Origin: Gammaproteobacteria bacterium
GTDB lineage: Bacteria > Pseudomonadota > Gammaproteobacteria > Steroidobacterales > Rariloculaceae
DNA: 14,150 bases
Reading direction: 5' to 3'
Assembly: GCA_050114615.1 (NCBI GenBank)
Contig: JASFSB010000007.1
Span: forward strand, 1-14,150
Of this stretch, positions 1-6,363 are shown one piece after another (position 1 is the stretch's first letter; the number at the start of each line of letters is the position of its first letter). Both the position numbers and the translations under genes were made by a program. The notes beneath the pieces were generated by a model. The model had not been told where the DNA came from and ran no database searches. It worked only from the letters and a program-made list of their open reading frames with translations.

Positions 1-819
1 GACGCCGAGATACCGAATCTTCGAGTTCCAGATCGCAAATGCCAGATCGGTGGAATGCGCACCGCCTGCGAGCAGGGCGGTGAGTTCCGGATCACTGCCC
101 ACGAAAAGCGAGGAATAGATTGGAATCGCGATATACCAGGCGATTGCCCCGCCGAGAAAAACGAGCGTCGCGATGTTGAGCCCGACGATGTACCCGACAC
201 CGAGCAGCGCCGGCGAAAGGTTCGTACCGACATACGCAATGCCGCTTTGCCCCACGTAAGTGGACGCCTGGGCAGTCCCCGGCCACAACCGCAGCCCCGT
301 TTCCGACAGCTTGACGATCGCGCCGAGTGCGGCGGCGCCAGCAAGGCTGCGAACACCCCCGTCGCTCCCCTGGCCGGCGCGATCGCCGACAAGCAGCACC
401 TCGGCCGTCGCCGTGCCCTCCGGATAGGTCAGCTGCTGCTCGACGATCAGGGACCGGCGCAGCGGGACGGTGAACAGCACGCCGAGCAACCCGCCCAGTC
501 CGGCGATCATGGTCACCCAGAGATAGTCGAACACTTCCCAGTAGTTCAGCAGAATCAGCGCCGGCAGCGTAAAGATGACGCCCGCTGCAATCGACTCGCC
601 GGCCGAAGCGGCCGTCTGCACGATATTGTTCTCGAGAATGTTCGACTGCCTGAACATTCGCAGCACTGCCATCGAGATCACCGCCGCGGGAATCGACGCC
701 GACACCGTCAGACCGGCAAACAGGCCGAGATAGGCGTTCGCGCCCGCCAGAATGGCCGACAGGACGATGCCGAGCGCGATGGCTTTCACGGTGAGCTGCG
801 GCAACATCGGCTGATTCAT
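1..819 (-). CDS. OPT-family oligopeptide transporter, N-terminal 273 codons (3' end lies beyond the window start)
   Basis: Absent from the supplied ORF track because it runs off the edge. My reverse-strand translation from ATG 819..817 gives MNQPMLPQLTVKAIALGIVLSAILAGANAYLGLFAGLTVSASIPAAVISMAVLRMFRQSNILENNIVQTAASAGESIAAG... It stays open in frame to position 1. It is polytopic and matches the conserved N-terminal block of bacterial OPT transporters. An SD-like gggagaggaaga lies at 820-832. Confidence 0.8.
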   Translation of the reverse strand, partial: MNQPMLPQLTVKAIALGIVLSAILAGANAYLGLFAGLTVSASIPAAVISMAVLRMFRQSNILENNIVQTAASAGESIAAGVIFTLPALILLNYWEVFDYLWVTMIAGLGGLLGVLFTVPLRRSLIVEQQLTYPEGTATAEVLLVGDRAGQGSDGGVRSLAGAAALGAIVKLSETGLRLWPGTAQASTYVGQSGIAYVGTNLSPALLGVGYIVGLNIATLVFLGGAIAWYIAIPIYSSLFVGSDPELTALLAGGAHSTDLAFAIWNSKIRYLGV

Positions 820-852
820 TCTTCCTCTCCCGGTCCCCGGCATCCCGAATCC

Positions 853-2349
853 TTAGCGTACGTCGCCCATGAGCTTCTTCAGCGGCCTGGAGAACAGCAG
901 CAGCAGCAGCCCGCAGCCCACCGTAATAATCACGATTCGCAGATAAACGCCAGGTATCGCGCCGAGATCGTCACCGGTCAGCTCACCGGCGATGCGCCCG
1001 GCGATGACGTTGCCCAGGCCCGAGCACATAAACCAGATACCCATCATCTGGCCGACGAAACGCTTCGGCGAAAGTTTCGTGATCGAGCTCAGGCCGACCG
1101 GGCTCAGTGCAAGCTCCCCCATCGTGTGCAGCAGGTAGGTGAAGAACAGCCAGGTGGGTAAAACCTGCTGACCATCGGCGACGAAATACGCCGCTGGTAT
1201 CATGACCACGAAACCCAGGCCCATGATGATGAGGCCGAGCGCAAACTTGGCAGGCGCCGCAGGCTCCAGAAAGCGACGCGCCAAAGCGACCCAGAACATC
1301 GAATACACCGGTGCAAGCGCAATGATGAAAATCGGATTCAGCGACTGGAACCAGGTAGCCGGAACCTCGAATAAGCCGAAATCGCGAATCGTGTAACGTT
1401 CTGCAAACAGGTTCAGTGACGAGCCGGCCTGCTCGAACCCCGACCAGAACAACGCACAGGCGAGAACCAGCACGATGATGACGATGACGCGGTTACGCTC
1501 CTGTGACGTCAGTCTGCCCAGGATGAATACGTATGCGAAATAGGCCGTCAGGGCGATCACAACGCTGTATGTCATCAGATCGGACATACTGACGGCATCG
1601 AAAACGACCCACCCGCTGATGCCGGCAATATAAGCAATGCCGAACAACGCGATGCCCGCCAGGATCGCAAGCCATGCCTTGCGGGCGTATTCCGGCGACG
1701 CGGGATGCTCCGTATGCAGACCGGCCTCACCCAGATATGACCGCGATACTCTGAATTGAACGAGCCCGAACAGCATGCCGACACCGGCGGCAGCGAATCC
1801 GTAGTGCCAGTTGTACAGCGCCAGCCAGCCACACACGATCGGCCCGAGAAACGCGCCCAGATTGATGCCCATGTAGAAGATCGTGAACCCGGCGTCACGC
1901 CGGGGATCTGCAGGCGCGTACAGCTCGCCGACGGTCGCGCTGATATTCGGCTTGAGCAGCCCGGTACCCAGCACGACGAGTATCAGACCGCCGAAGAAAG
2001 CCGTCGTGCCGGGTACGGCCAGCACGAAGTGCCCGGCCATAATGATGATGCCGCCAATGTAGAGCGCCCGCTGAGCGCCCCAGAGTCGGTCTGCGATCCA
2101 GCCGCCTGGCAGTGCGACCAGATACACCGCAGCTGTGTAGAGCCCGTAAATCGCAGTCGCCGTCACATCGCTGAATGCGAGGCCGCCATTGACGAGCTGG
2201 TCTGTCATGAACAGGACGAGCAGCGCTCGCATACCGTAGTAGCTGAAACGCTCCCACATTTCCGTCAGGAACAGCGTCCACAGTCCGCGCGGGTGTCCCA
2301 GAACTTCCGCCTGCGCGGACCCGGCTGCGGCCGCAGCGTTGGCGCTCAA
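853..2349 (-). CDS. POT/PTR2-family proton-dependent di-/tripeptide permease (DtpT/DtpA-like MFS)
   Basis: 498-aa ORF. The POT signature ExxERFxYY is present (LFLTEMWERFSYYGMRALLVLFM), as is the second PTR2 motif (FYMGINLGAFLGPIVCG). Polytopic. TTG start at 2349, preceded by GAGGAGG 7 nt upstream. Confidence 0.9.
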   Translation of the reverse strand: MSANAAAAAGSAQAEVLGHPRGLWTLFLTEMWERFSYYGMRALLVLFMTDQLVNGGLAFSDVTATAIYGLYTAAVYLVALPGGWIADRLWGAQRALYIGGIIIMAGHFVLAVPGTTAFFGGLILVVLGTGLLKPNISATVGELYAPADPRRDAGFTIFYMGINLGAFLGPIVCGWLALYNWHYGFAAAGVGMLFGLVQFRVSRSYLGEAGLHTEHPASPEYARKAWLAILAGIALFGIAYIAGISGWVVFDAVSMSDLMTYSVVIALTAYFAYVFILGRLTSQERNRVIVIIVLVLACALFWSGFEQAGSSLNLFAERYTIRDFGLFEVPATWFQSLNPIFIIALAPVYSMFWVALARRFLEPAAPAKFALGLIIMGLGFVVMIPAAYFVADGQQVLPTWLFFTYLLHTMGELALSPVGLSSITKLSPKRFVGQMMGIWFMCSGLGNVIAGRIAGELTGDDLGAIPGVYLRIVIITVGCGLLLLLFSRPLKKLMGDVR

Positions 2350-2423
2350 AGCACCGGCCTCCTCGATCGTGTTGTCTGCCCGCGCCTGATTGTCGCTCTC
2401 TCGTCCTTCACTGTACGCAACGC

Positions 2424-3203
2424 TTAAGCCTGATCTTCGCTTTCCGTCTGCGCTTCCTCTCGAAATCGATCGGCGAGCATGATCCGGGACATGATGATGC
2501 CGCCCTCATAGAGCAGATACATCGGCACCGCGAGCAACGTCTGCGAAATCATGTCCGGCGGCGTCAGGAACATACCGACAACGAACGCGCCCAGAAAAAT
2601 ATACGGCCGCACCTTACCGAGCGCCTGGAGCGTCACGAGCCGACTCCACACGAGCATAAACGTGGCGATCGGGACTTCGAACGCCAGTCCGAAGGCAAAG
2701 AAAATCGTCAGCACGAAATCGAGATACTGGTTGATGTCCGGCGCCTGTACGACACCCTGCGGCACTGCGTAAGCGAAGAATTCGAAAACGAGCGGGAACA
2801 CCAGAAAATAGGCGAATGCCGTACCGCAGTAGAAAAGCACGATGCTCGAAAAAACGAGCGGCACGGCAAAGCGCTTTTCGCTGCGGTACAGTCCGGGCGC
2901 CACAAAGCGCCAGGCCTGGTAGATGACGACTGGCATGGCGATGAAAACCGCCGCAAGCAGCGTCGTCTTGAACGGCGTGAGGAACGGCGTCGCAACGCCG
3001 GTGGCGATCATTTGCTGGCCTTCCGGCAGCGAGTCGATCATTGGCTGCGCGACGAATGTGTATACGTCCTGCGCGAATGGCACCAGCGCGATGAATACGA
3101 CGAATATTGCAGCGACCGCGTAAACGAGCCGCTGGCGCAACTCGACGAGATGCGAAATCAGCGTACCTTCCGCCAATTCCTCTTTGTCGTCGTCCTCTGC
3201 CAC
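2424..3203 (-). CDS. tatC: Twin-arginine translocase subunit TatC
   Basis: 259 aa. LISHLVELRQRL..., ATGVATPFLTPFK and FLTPPDMISQTLLAVPMYLLYE align with E. coli TatC blocks. GTG start, 15 nt after the tatB stop. Confidence 0.95.
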   Translation of the reverse strand: MAEDDDKEELAEGTLISHLVELRQRLVYAVAAIFVVFIALVPFAQDVYTFVAQPMIDSLPEGQQMIATGVATPFLTPFKTTLLAAVFIAMPVVIYQAWRFVAPGLYRSEKRFAVPLVFSSIVLFYCGTAFAYFLVFPLVFEFFAYAVPQGVVQAPDINQYLDFVLTIFFAFGLAFEVPIATFMLVWSRLVTLQALGKVRPYIFLGAFVVGMFLTPPDMISQTLLAVPMYLLYEGGIIMSRIMLADRFREEAQTESEDQA

Positions 3204-3218
3204 CCGCGGTCAGCCCAG

Positions 3219-3617
3219 TCAGGCGCGGCGCTGCCCGGCGTCGTCGCTCGCCGTCGCAGTGGATGGTTCATCGTGCGATGAAACCGGCTGTGTCGCTACG
3301 CCTGCTTCGTCAGCGCCGGCATCGCGATGACCGGAGTCGTTTGCGTCCTCTTCGTGCTGATCACTGCTCTTCTCTGCAGAGGCATCGGTCGCAGCGGCGG
3401 CTTCGGCCGTCTGTTGCTCTCGCTCCTTCCTGTCGCGCATGATGTCGTTCATCGTCATCTCACGCTCGAGCTGCATACGCAGCTGATGCGCCGTACGCCG
3501 CGCCTTTCCCATCCAGCGCCCGAGTTGTGTCGCCACGCGCGGCAGTCGCTCCGGCCCGAGTATCAGCAGACCGATGACGAACAACAAAACGAGTTCAGAG
3601 AATCCGACGTCGAACAT
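3219..3617 (-). CDS. tatB: Twin-arginine translocase subunit TatB
   Basis: 132 aa. MFDVGFSELVLLFVIGLLILGPERLP gives the N-terminal TM plus amphipathic helix, followed by an acidic low-complexity tail. Located between tatA and tatC. Confidence 0.9.
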   Translation of the reverse strand: MFDVGFSELVLLFVIGLLILGPERLPRVATQLGRWMGKARRTAHQLRMQLEREMTMNDIMRDRKEREQQTAEAAAATDASAEKSSDQHEEDANDSGHRDAGADEAGVATQPVSSHDEPSTATASDDAGQRRA

Positions 3618-3641
3618 TGATCTTTCGCGCAGCGACCCGGA

Positions 3642-3887
3642 CTAGCCTTGCTGGCGCTGTTCATCCTTCGCTTCGGAAAACTCAGCGTCTTTTTTGGTTT
3701 CGTCGCCGAGTTGTTTTGCATCCTTGTCTTCGGACTTCGACTCGTCCGTATCCATTGCCTTGCGAAAACTCTTCAATGCCCCGCCGAGATCCCCGCCGAG
3801 GGTTTTCAGCCGCTTCGTGCCGAATATCAGAATGACAATGGCAAGAATAATCAACAGCTGCCAAATGCTTATTCCGCCGAGTCCCAT
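3642..3887 (-). CDS. tatA: Twin-arginine translocase subunit TatA
   Basis: 81 aa. [45 protein letters not shown] is the canonical TatA/E N-terminus. GGAG lies 6 nt upstream of the ATG. Confidence 0.9.
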   Translation of the reverse strand: MGLGGISIWQLLIILAIVILIFGTKRLKTLGGDLGGALKSFRKAMDTDESKSEDKDAKQLGDETKKDAEFSEAKDEQRQQG

Positions 3888-3934
3888 CTGTCGCTCCGTA
3901 ACAGGTTATTTGGATCTCAATGATACGCTATTCG

Positions 3935-4396
3935 TCAGGAACTCAAGCCGGCACCGGGCGTAACTTCGAGCCAAAATGTGACCGGGCCGTCGTTTGTCAG
4001 GCTGACCTGCATCCCGGCCCCGAATTCGCCGGCCTCGACCGGTGCGTGGCGGGCCCGACACTCGCTGAGCAGGGCGTTGAACCAGCGCCGTCCCTGCGCC
4101 GGCGGCGCGGCGCGCGAAAAGCCGGGGCGGTTGCCCTTGTGCGTATCGGCAGCCAGCGTGAACTGCGGGACCAGCAGCAGACCGCCGGCGACGGCCCGCA
4201 GATCGAGGTTCATCCGACCGTCGGCATCCGGAAACACGCGATACTGCAGCAGGCGCTCGGCAAGCCGCAGCACCTCCGCGCGCCCGTCTCCGCGCTGCAC
4301 GCCGATCAGGGCCAGCAGGCCACGATCGATCGCCGCCACGGCTCGTCCTGAAATCTCCACTTTTGCGCTTGAAACACGCTGAATGAGTGCTATCAA
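3935..4396 (-). CDS. dtd: D-aminoacyl-tRNA deacylase (D-Tyr-tRNA(Tyr) deacylase)
   Basis: Collinear with E. coli Dtd: IALIQRV..., QFTLAADT.KG.RP.F, MQVSLTNDGPVTFWLEV. The track ORF starts at GTG 4402. TTG 4396 gives the canonical MIALIQRV N-terminus with GGAAGG 5 nt upstream, so I prefer 4396. The start remains uncertain by 2 codons. Confidence 0.9.
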   Translation of the reverse strand: MIALIQRVSSAKVEISGRAVAAIDRGLLALIGVQRGDGRAEVLRLAERLLQYRVFPDADGRMNLDLRAVAGGLLLVPQFTLAADTHKGNRPGFSRAAPPAQGRRWFNALLSECRARHAPVEAGEFGAGMQVSLTNDGPVTFWLEVTPGAGLSS

Positions 4397-4462
4397 TGGC
4401 ACCTTCCGATAATATATCGATCTTCACGCACTGCTTTCGTGACTTCCCATCCTATACCGCCC

Positions 4463-4477
4463 ATATTGGCCCAATAT
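4463..4477. promoter_or_regulatory. Perfect 7-1-7 dyad ATATTGG-C-CCAATAT (candidate operator, fits T-N11-A)
   Basis: Read directly from the sequence. Lies in the dtd/dctP divergent intergenic region. Shares the core GGCCCAAT with the second dyad at 4547-4556. Confidence 0.35.
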
Positions 4478-4486
4478 TCGTGAATA

Positions 4487-4543
4487 GTGGGATAGATGCC
4501 GACGAATATGCCGCAAAAATCCCGTATTGTGGGATCGATCCGG
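4487..4543. promoter_or_regulatory. Imperfect direct repeat GTGGGATAGATGCCG (4487-4501) / GTGGGATCGATCCGG (4529-4543); the second copy contains the palindrome GGATCGATCC
   Basis: 12 of 15 positions identical. The copies start 42 bp apart (about 4 helical turns). Confidence 0.3.
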
Positions 4544-4546
4544 CGG

Positions 4547-4556
4547 CCCAATTGGG
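4547..4556. promoter_or_regulatory. Perfect 10-bp palindrome CCCAATTGGG (candidate operator half of a pair with 4463-4477)
   Basis: Read directly. GGCCCAAT occurs at 4468-4475 and again at 4545-4552. Confidence 0.3.
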
Positions 4557-4619
4557 GGATCTGTCCTGTGCCAGCCTGATCTGCTATTAGTACCGCCTCC
4601 ACGCCATGAGCCTTTACCG

Positions 4620-5708
4620 ATGATGAAACGCCGCGAACTCATCACCACCCTCGGCAGCGCTGCCGCCCTGACCGCCTGCGCCGGCAATACCGACTCGACG
4701 CCGGGGCAAAGCTCCACGCAGCGGTTCCGCTGGAAAATGGTAACAACGTGGCCACCCAATTTTCCGGGACTCGGCACCGCCGTCAACACGCTTGCCCGCT
4801 ATCTCGAGGCTATGACCGGCGGGCGCCTGACGCTCGATGTCTATGCCGCCGGCGAGCTGATACCGGCGTTCGAGGTGTTCGACGCCGTGTCACGCGGCAC
4901 CGCGGAGATCGGCCATGGCGCCGGCTACTACTGGCGCGGCCAGACGGAGGCGGCACAGTTCTTCTGTACGGTGCCTTTCGGGATGTCGGCTCACGAGATG
5001 AACGGCTGGCTCTACTACGGCGGCGGACTCGAGTTGTACCGGGAAGTTTATGCGCCATTCAATCTGATGCCGTTCCCGTGCGGCAACACAGGCGTCCAGA
5101 TGGGCGGCTGGTTCAATCGCCGTATCGATTCGATGGCCGATCTGCGGGGACTGAAGATGCGCATTCCCGGCATCGGCGGCGAGGCGCTGAGCCGGGCCGG
5201 CGGCACGCCGGTAAGCCTGCCCGGCGGGGAAATATTCACCGCGCTGCAGACCGGAACGATCGATGCCACCGAATGGGTCGGTCCATACAACGACATGGCA
5301 ATCGGCCTGCATCAGGCAGCGCGCTACTACTATTACCCCGGCTGGCAGGAGCCCGGCCCGACGCTCGAGTGCATCGTCAACGACGAAGCCTGGGCCTCGC
5401 TGCCGGGCGACCTGCAGGCGACGCTCGCGGTGGCCTGCCAGGCCGTCAATCTCGATATGACCGCGGAATACATGGCCCGCAACGCGACCGCACTGCGCGA
5501 TCTGCTCGACAACCCGAATGTCGAGGTACTGGAGTTCCCCGCCACCGTGCTGGCCGGTCTCGAAGCTCTGACACTGGAAGTCATCGAGGAACTTGCTGCG
5601 AGCGACCCGCTCGTCGCCCGGGTATGGCAGTCGTATCGCGGTTTTCGCGACGCCTCGACGCCGTGGCAGCGCATTTCGGAGCAGGCGATCCTCGAATCCC
5701 GTGCCTAG
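4620..5708 (+). CDS. TRAP transporter solute-binding protein (DctP superfamily, COG4663/FcbT1-like) with an RR-containing lipoprotein-type signal peptide
   Basis: Mature part RFRWKMVTTWPPNFPGLGT...AGELIPAFEVFDAVSRGTAEIGHGAGYYW...GNTGVQMGGWF...IDATEWVGPYND is typical of this TRAP SBP subfamily. I place the start at ATG 4620 (MMKRRELITTLGSAAALTAC), not at the track's TTG 4527, whose extension is non-protein-like. Confidence 0.85.
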   Translation: MMKRRELITTLGSAAALTACAGNTDSTPGQSSTQRFRWKMVTTWPPNFPGLGTAVNTLARYLEAMTGGRLTLDVYAAGELIPAFEVFDAVSRGTAEIGHGAGYYWRGQTEAAQFFCTVPFGMSAHEMNGWLYYGGGLELYREVYAPFNLMPFPCGNTGVQMGGWFNRRIDSMADLRGLKMRIPGIGGEALSRAGGTPVSLPGGEIFTALQTGTIDATEWVGPYNDMAIGLHQAARYYYYPGWQEPGPTLECIVNDEAWASLPGDLQATLAVACQAVNLDMTAEYMARNATALRDLLDNPNVEVLEFPATVLAGLEALTLEVIEELAASDPLVARVWQSYRGFRDASTPWQRISEQAILESRA

Positions 5709-5863
5709 TCGCGCCTGGCACTGCGAGCCCCTCGCAATGAAATCCGTAATTCCCGCAACGGGCCGGTTTCTGGTTACTCGGTCGTGCCGATCTGCTACCA
5801 TTTCGCGGCGTCAGCCGGGCTCTGTGCCCGCAGCTGGCGCTGTATTTTGAGGAGATTTCCCCC

Positions 5864-6310
5864 ATGACATGGAAACCGGGCGCCATCGCGCTTTTCCTGA
5901 CTGCGCTCGCCGGTCAGGCCAACGGTCAGGAATGCAACGTCGTCATCGAGGGCAATGACCAGATTCAGTTTGTGCAGTCCGAACTGACCGTCAGCGCGAG
6001 CTGTACGGAGGTTACCGTTACACTGAAGCACATCGGAATGCTCGCTGCGAATATCATGGGCCATAACTGGGTACTGACCGAGACGGGTGATTATCAGTCC
6101 GTTGCACAGGCCGGCCAGTCTGCCGGTCCGCCGAACTATGTGCCGGCCGGCGATGCGCGCATCATTGCCGCAACCGCCCTGATCGGCGGCGGCGAGGAAA
6201 CGTCGGTGACGTTCGATATTTCGGGTTTGGAAACAGGCGGCGATTACACGTATTTCTGCTCGTTTCCCGGCCATTTTGTCCTGATGAACGGCAGGTTCAT
6301 CATCGAATAA
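5864..6310 (+). CDS. azu: Azurin (type-1 blue copper protein) precursor
   Basis: 148 aa. About 21 aa of Sec-type signal, then [15 protein letters not shown]...[12 protein letters not shown]......MGHNWVL...[16 protein letters not shown], collinear with P. aeruginosa azurin. The Cys3/Cys26 pair is present. So are all Cu ligands: the GH of MGHNWV, Cys 6257-6259, His 6272-6274 and Met 6284-6286. GAGGAG SD upstream. Confidence 0.93.
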   Translation: MTWKPGAIALFLTALAGQANGQECNVVIEGNDQIQFVQSELTVSASCTEVTVTLKHIGMLAANIMGHNWVLTETGDYQSVAQAGQSAGPPNYVPAGDARIIAATALIGGGEETSVTFDISGLETGGDYTYFCSFPGHFVLMNGRFIIE

Positions 6311-6325
6311 GAATTCACGATTAGC

Positions 6326-6341
6326 GCAGGCAAGCGCCTGC
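6326..6341 (+). other. Intercistronic GC hairpin GCAGGC-AAGC-GCCTGC between azu and the oxidase subunit II gene (no U-tract)
   Basis: 6-bp perfect stem and 4-nt loop, read from the sequence 16 nt after the azu stop. No T-run follows, so it is not a classical intrinsic terminator. Confidence 0.3.
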
Positions 6342-6363
6342 CGACAATGAGGGTATTTGGGGT

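Noticed and set aside
895-909. (CAG)5 trinucleotide repeat as a possible phase-variation tract
   Set aside because: It is in frame and encodes LLLLL in the last TM segment of the POT permease. Slippage would only change the Leu count, and the tract is short.
55-1161. 368-aa plus-strand ORF with a QQQQQ run
   Set aside because: It is antisense to the OPT and POT transporter genes and has an Arg-rich, low-complexity translation. The poly-Q is the antisense reading of the Leu-run CTG repeat in the permease.
3906-4427. 173-aa minus-strand ORF overlapping dtd, and the plus-strand ORFs 3920-4351 and 3978-4382
   Set aside because: The Dtd frame has full-length family similarity. The others are Arg/Ala-rich shadow frames.
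4533-4581. Four GATC sites within 49 bp, a possible Dam-methylation switch
   Set aside because: GATC (as CGATCG and similar) is visibly frequent throughout this window; for example, several occur in the first 100 bp. The local density is therefore not clearly above background, and whether the host has Dam is unknown.
4387-4602. 67-aa (+) and 69-aa (-) ORFs filling the dtd/dctP intergenic region
   Set aside because: Neither has an SD or codon bias like the neighbouring genes, and they are mutually antisense. Both overlap the dtd start, and the sequence looks regulatory (dyads and repeats). The region is kept as non-coding.
5716-5730. TGGCAC motif upstream of azu suggesting a sigma-54 promoter
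   Set aside because: The consensus TGGCAC-N5-TTGC requires TTGC at 5727-5730, but the sequence there is GCCC. The -12 element is absent or mis-spaced.
4748-5801. 330-aa (+) and 303-aa (-) ORFs overlapping the TRAP SBP gene
   Set aside because: They are an alternative frame and an antisense frame of a gene with clear family motifs. Both give Arg/Pro-rich nonsense-like sequence.
5738-5850. 37-codon ORF ([13 protein letters not shown]...) between the SBP gene and azu, ending inside the azu SD region; a possible leader peptide
   Set aside because: It has no SD, sits immediately after a hairpin (5722-5736) and has an Arg/Ser-rich composition. Nothing supports translation from sequence alone.
5709-5863. 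Search for island boundaries (direct or inverted repeats, att-like sites, tRNA, integrase or IS remnants) at both edges of the azu-cox cluster; the right edge is 11690-11746
   Set aside because: I could find no shared repeats between the two junctions and no mobility genes anywhere in the window. The insertion idea therefore rests only on gene order (see the TRAP finding).
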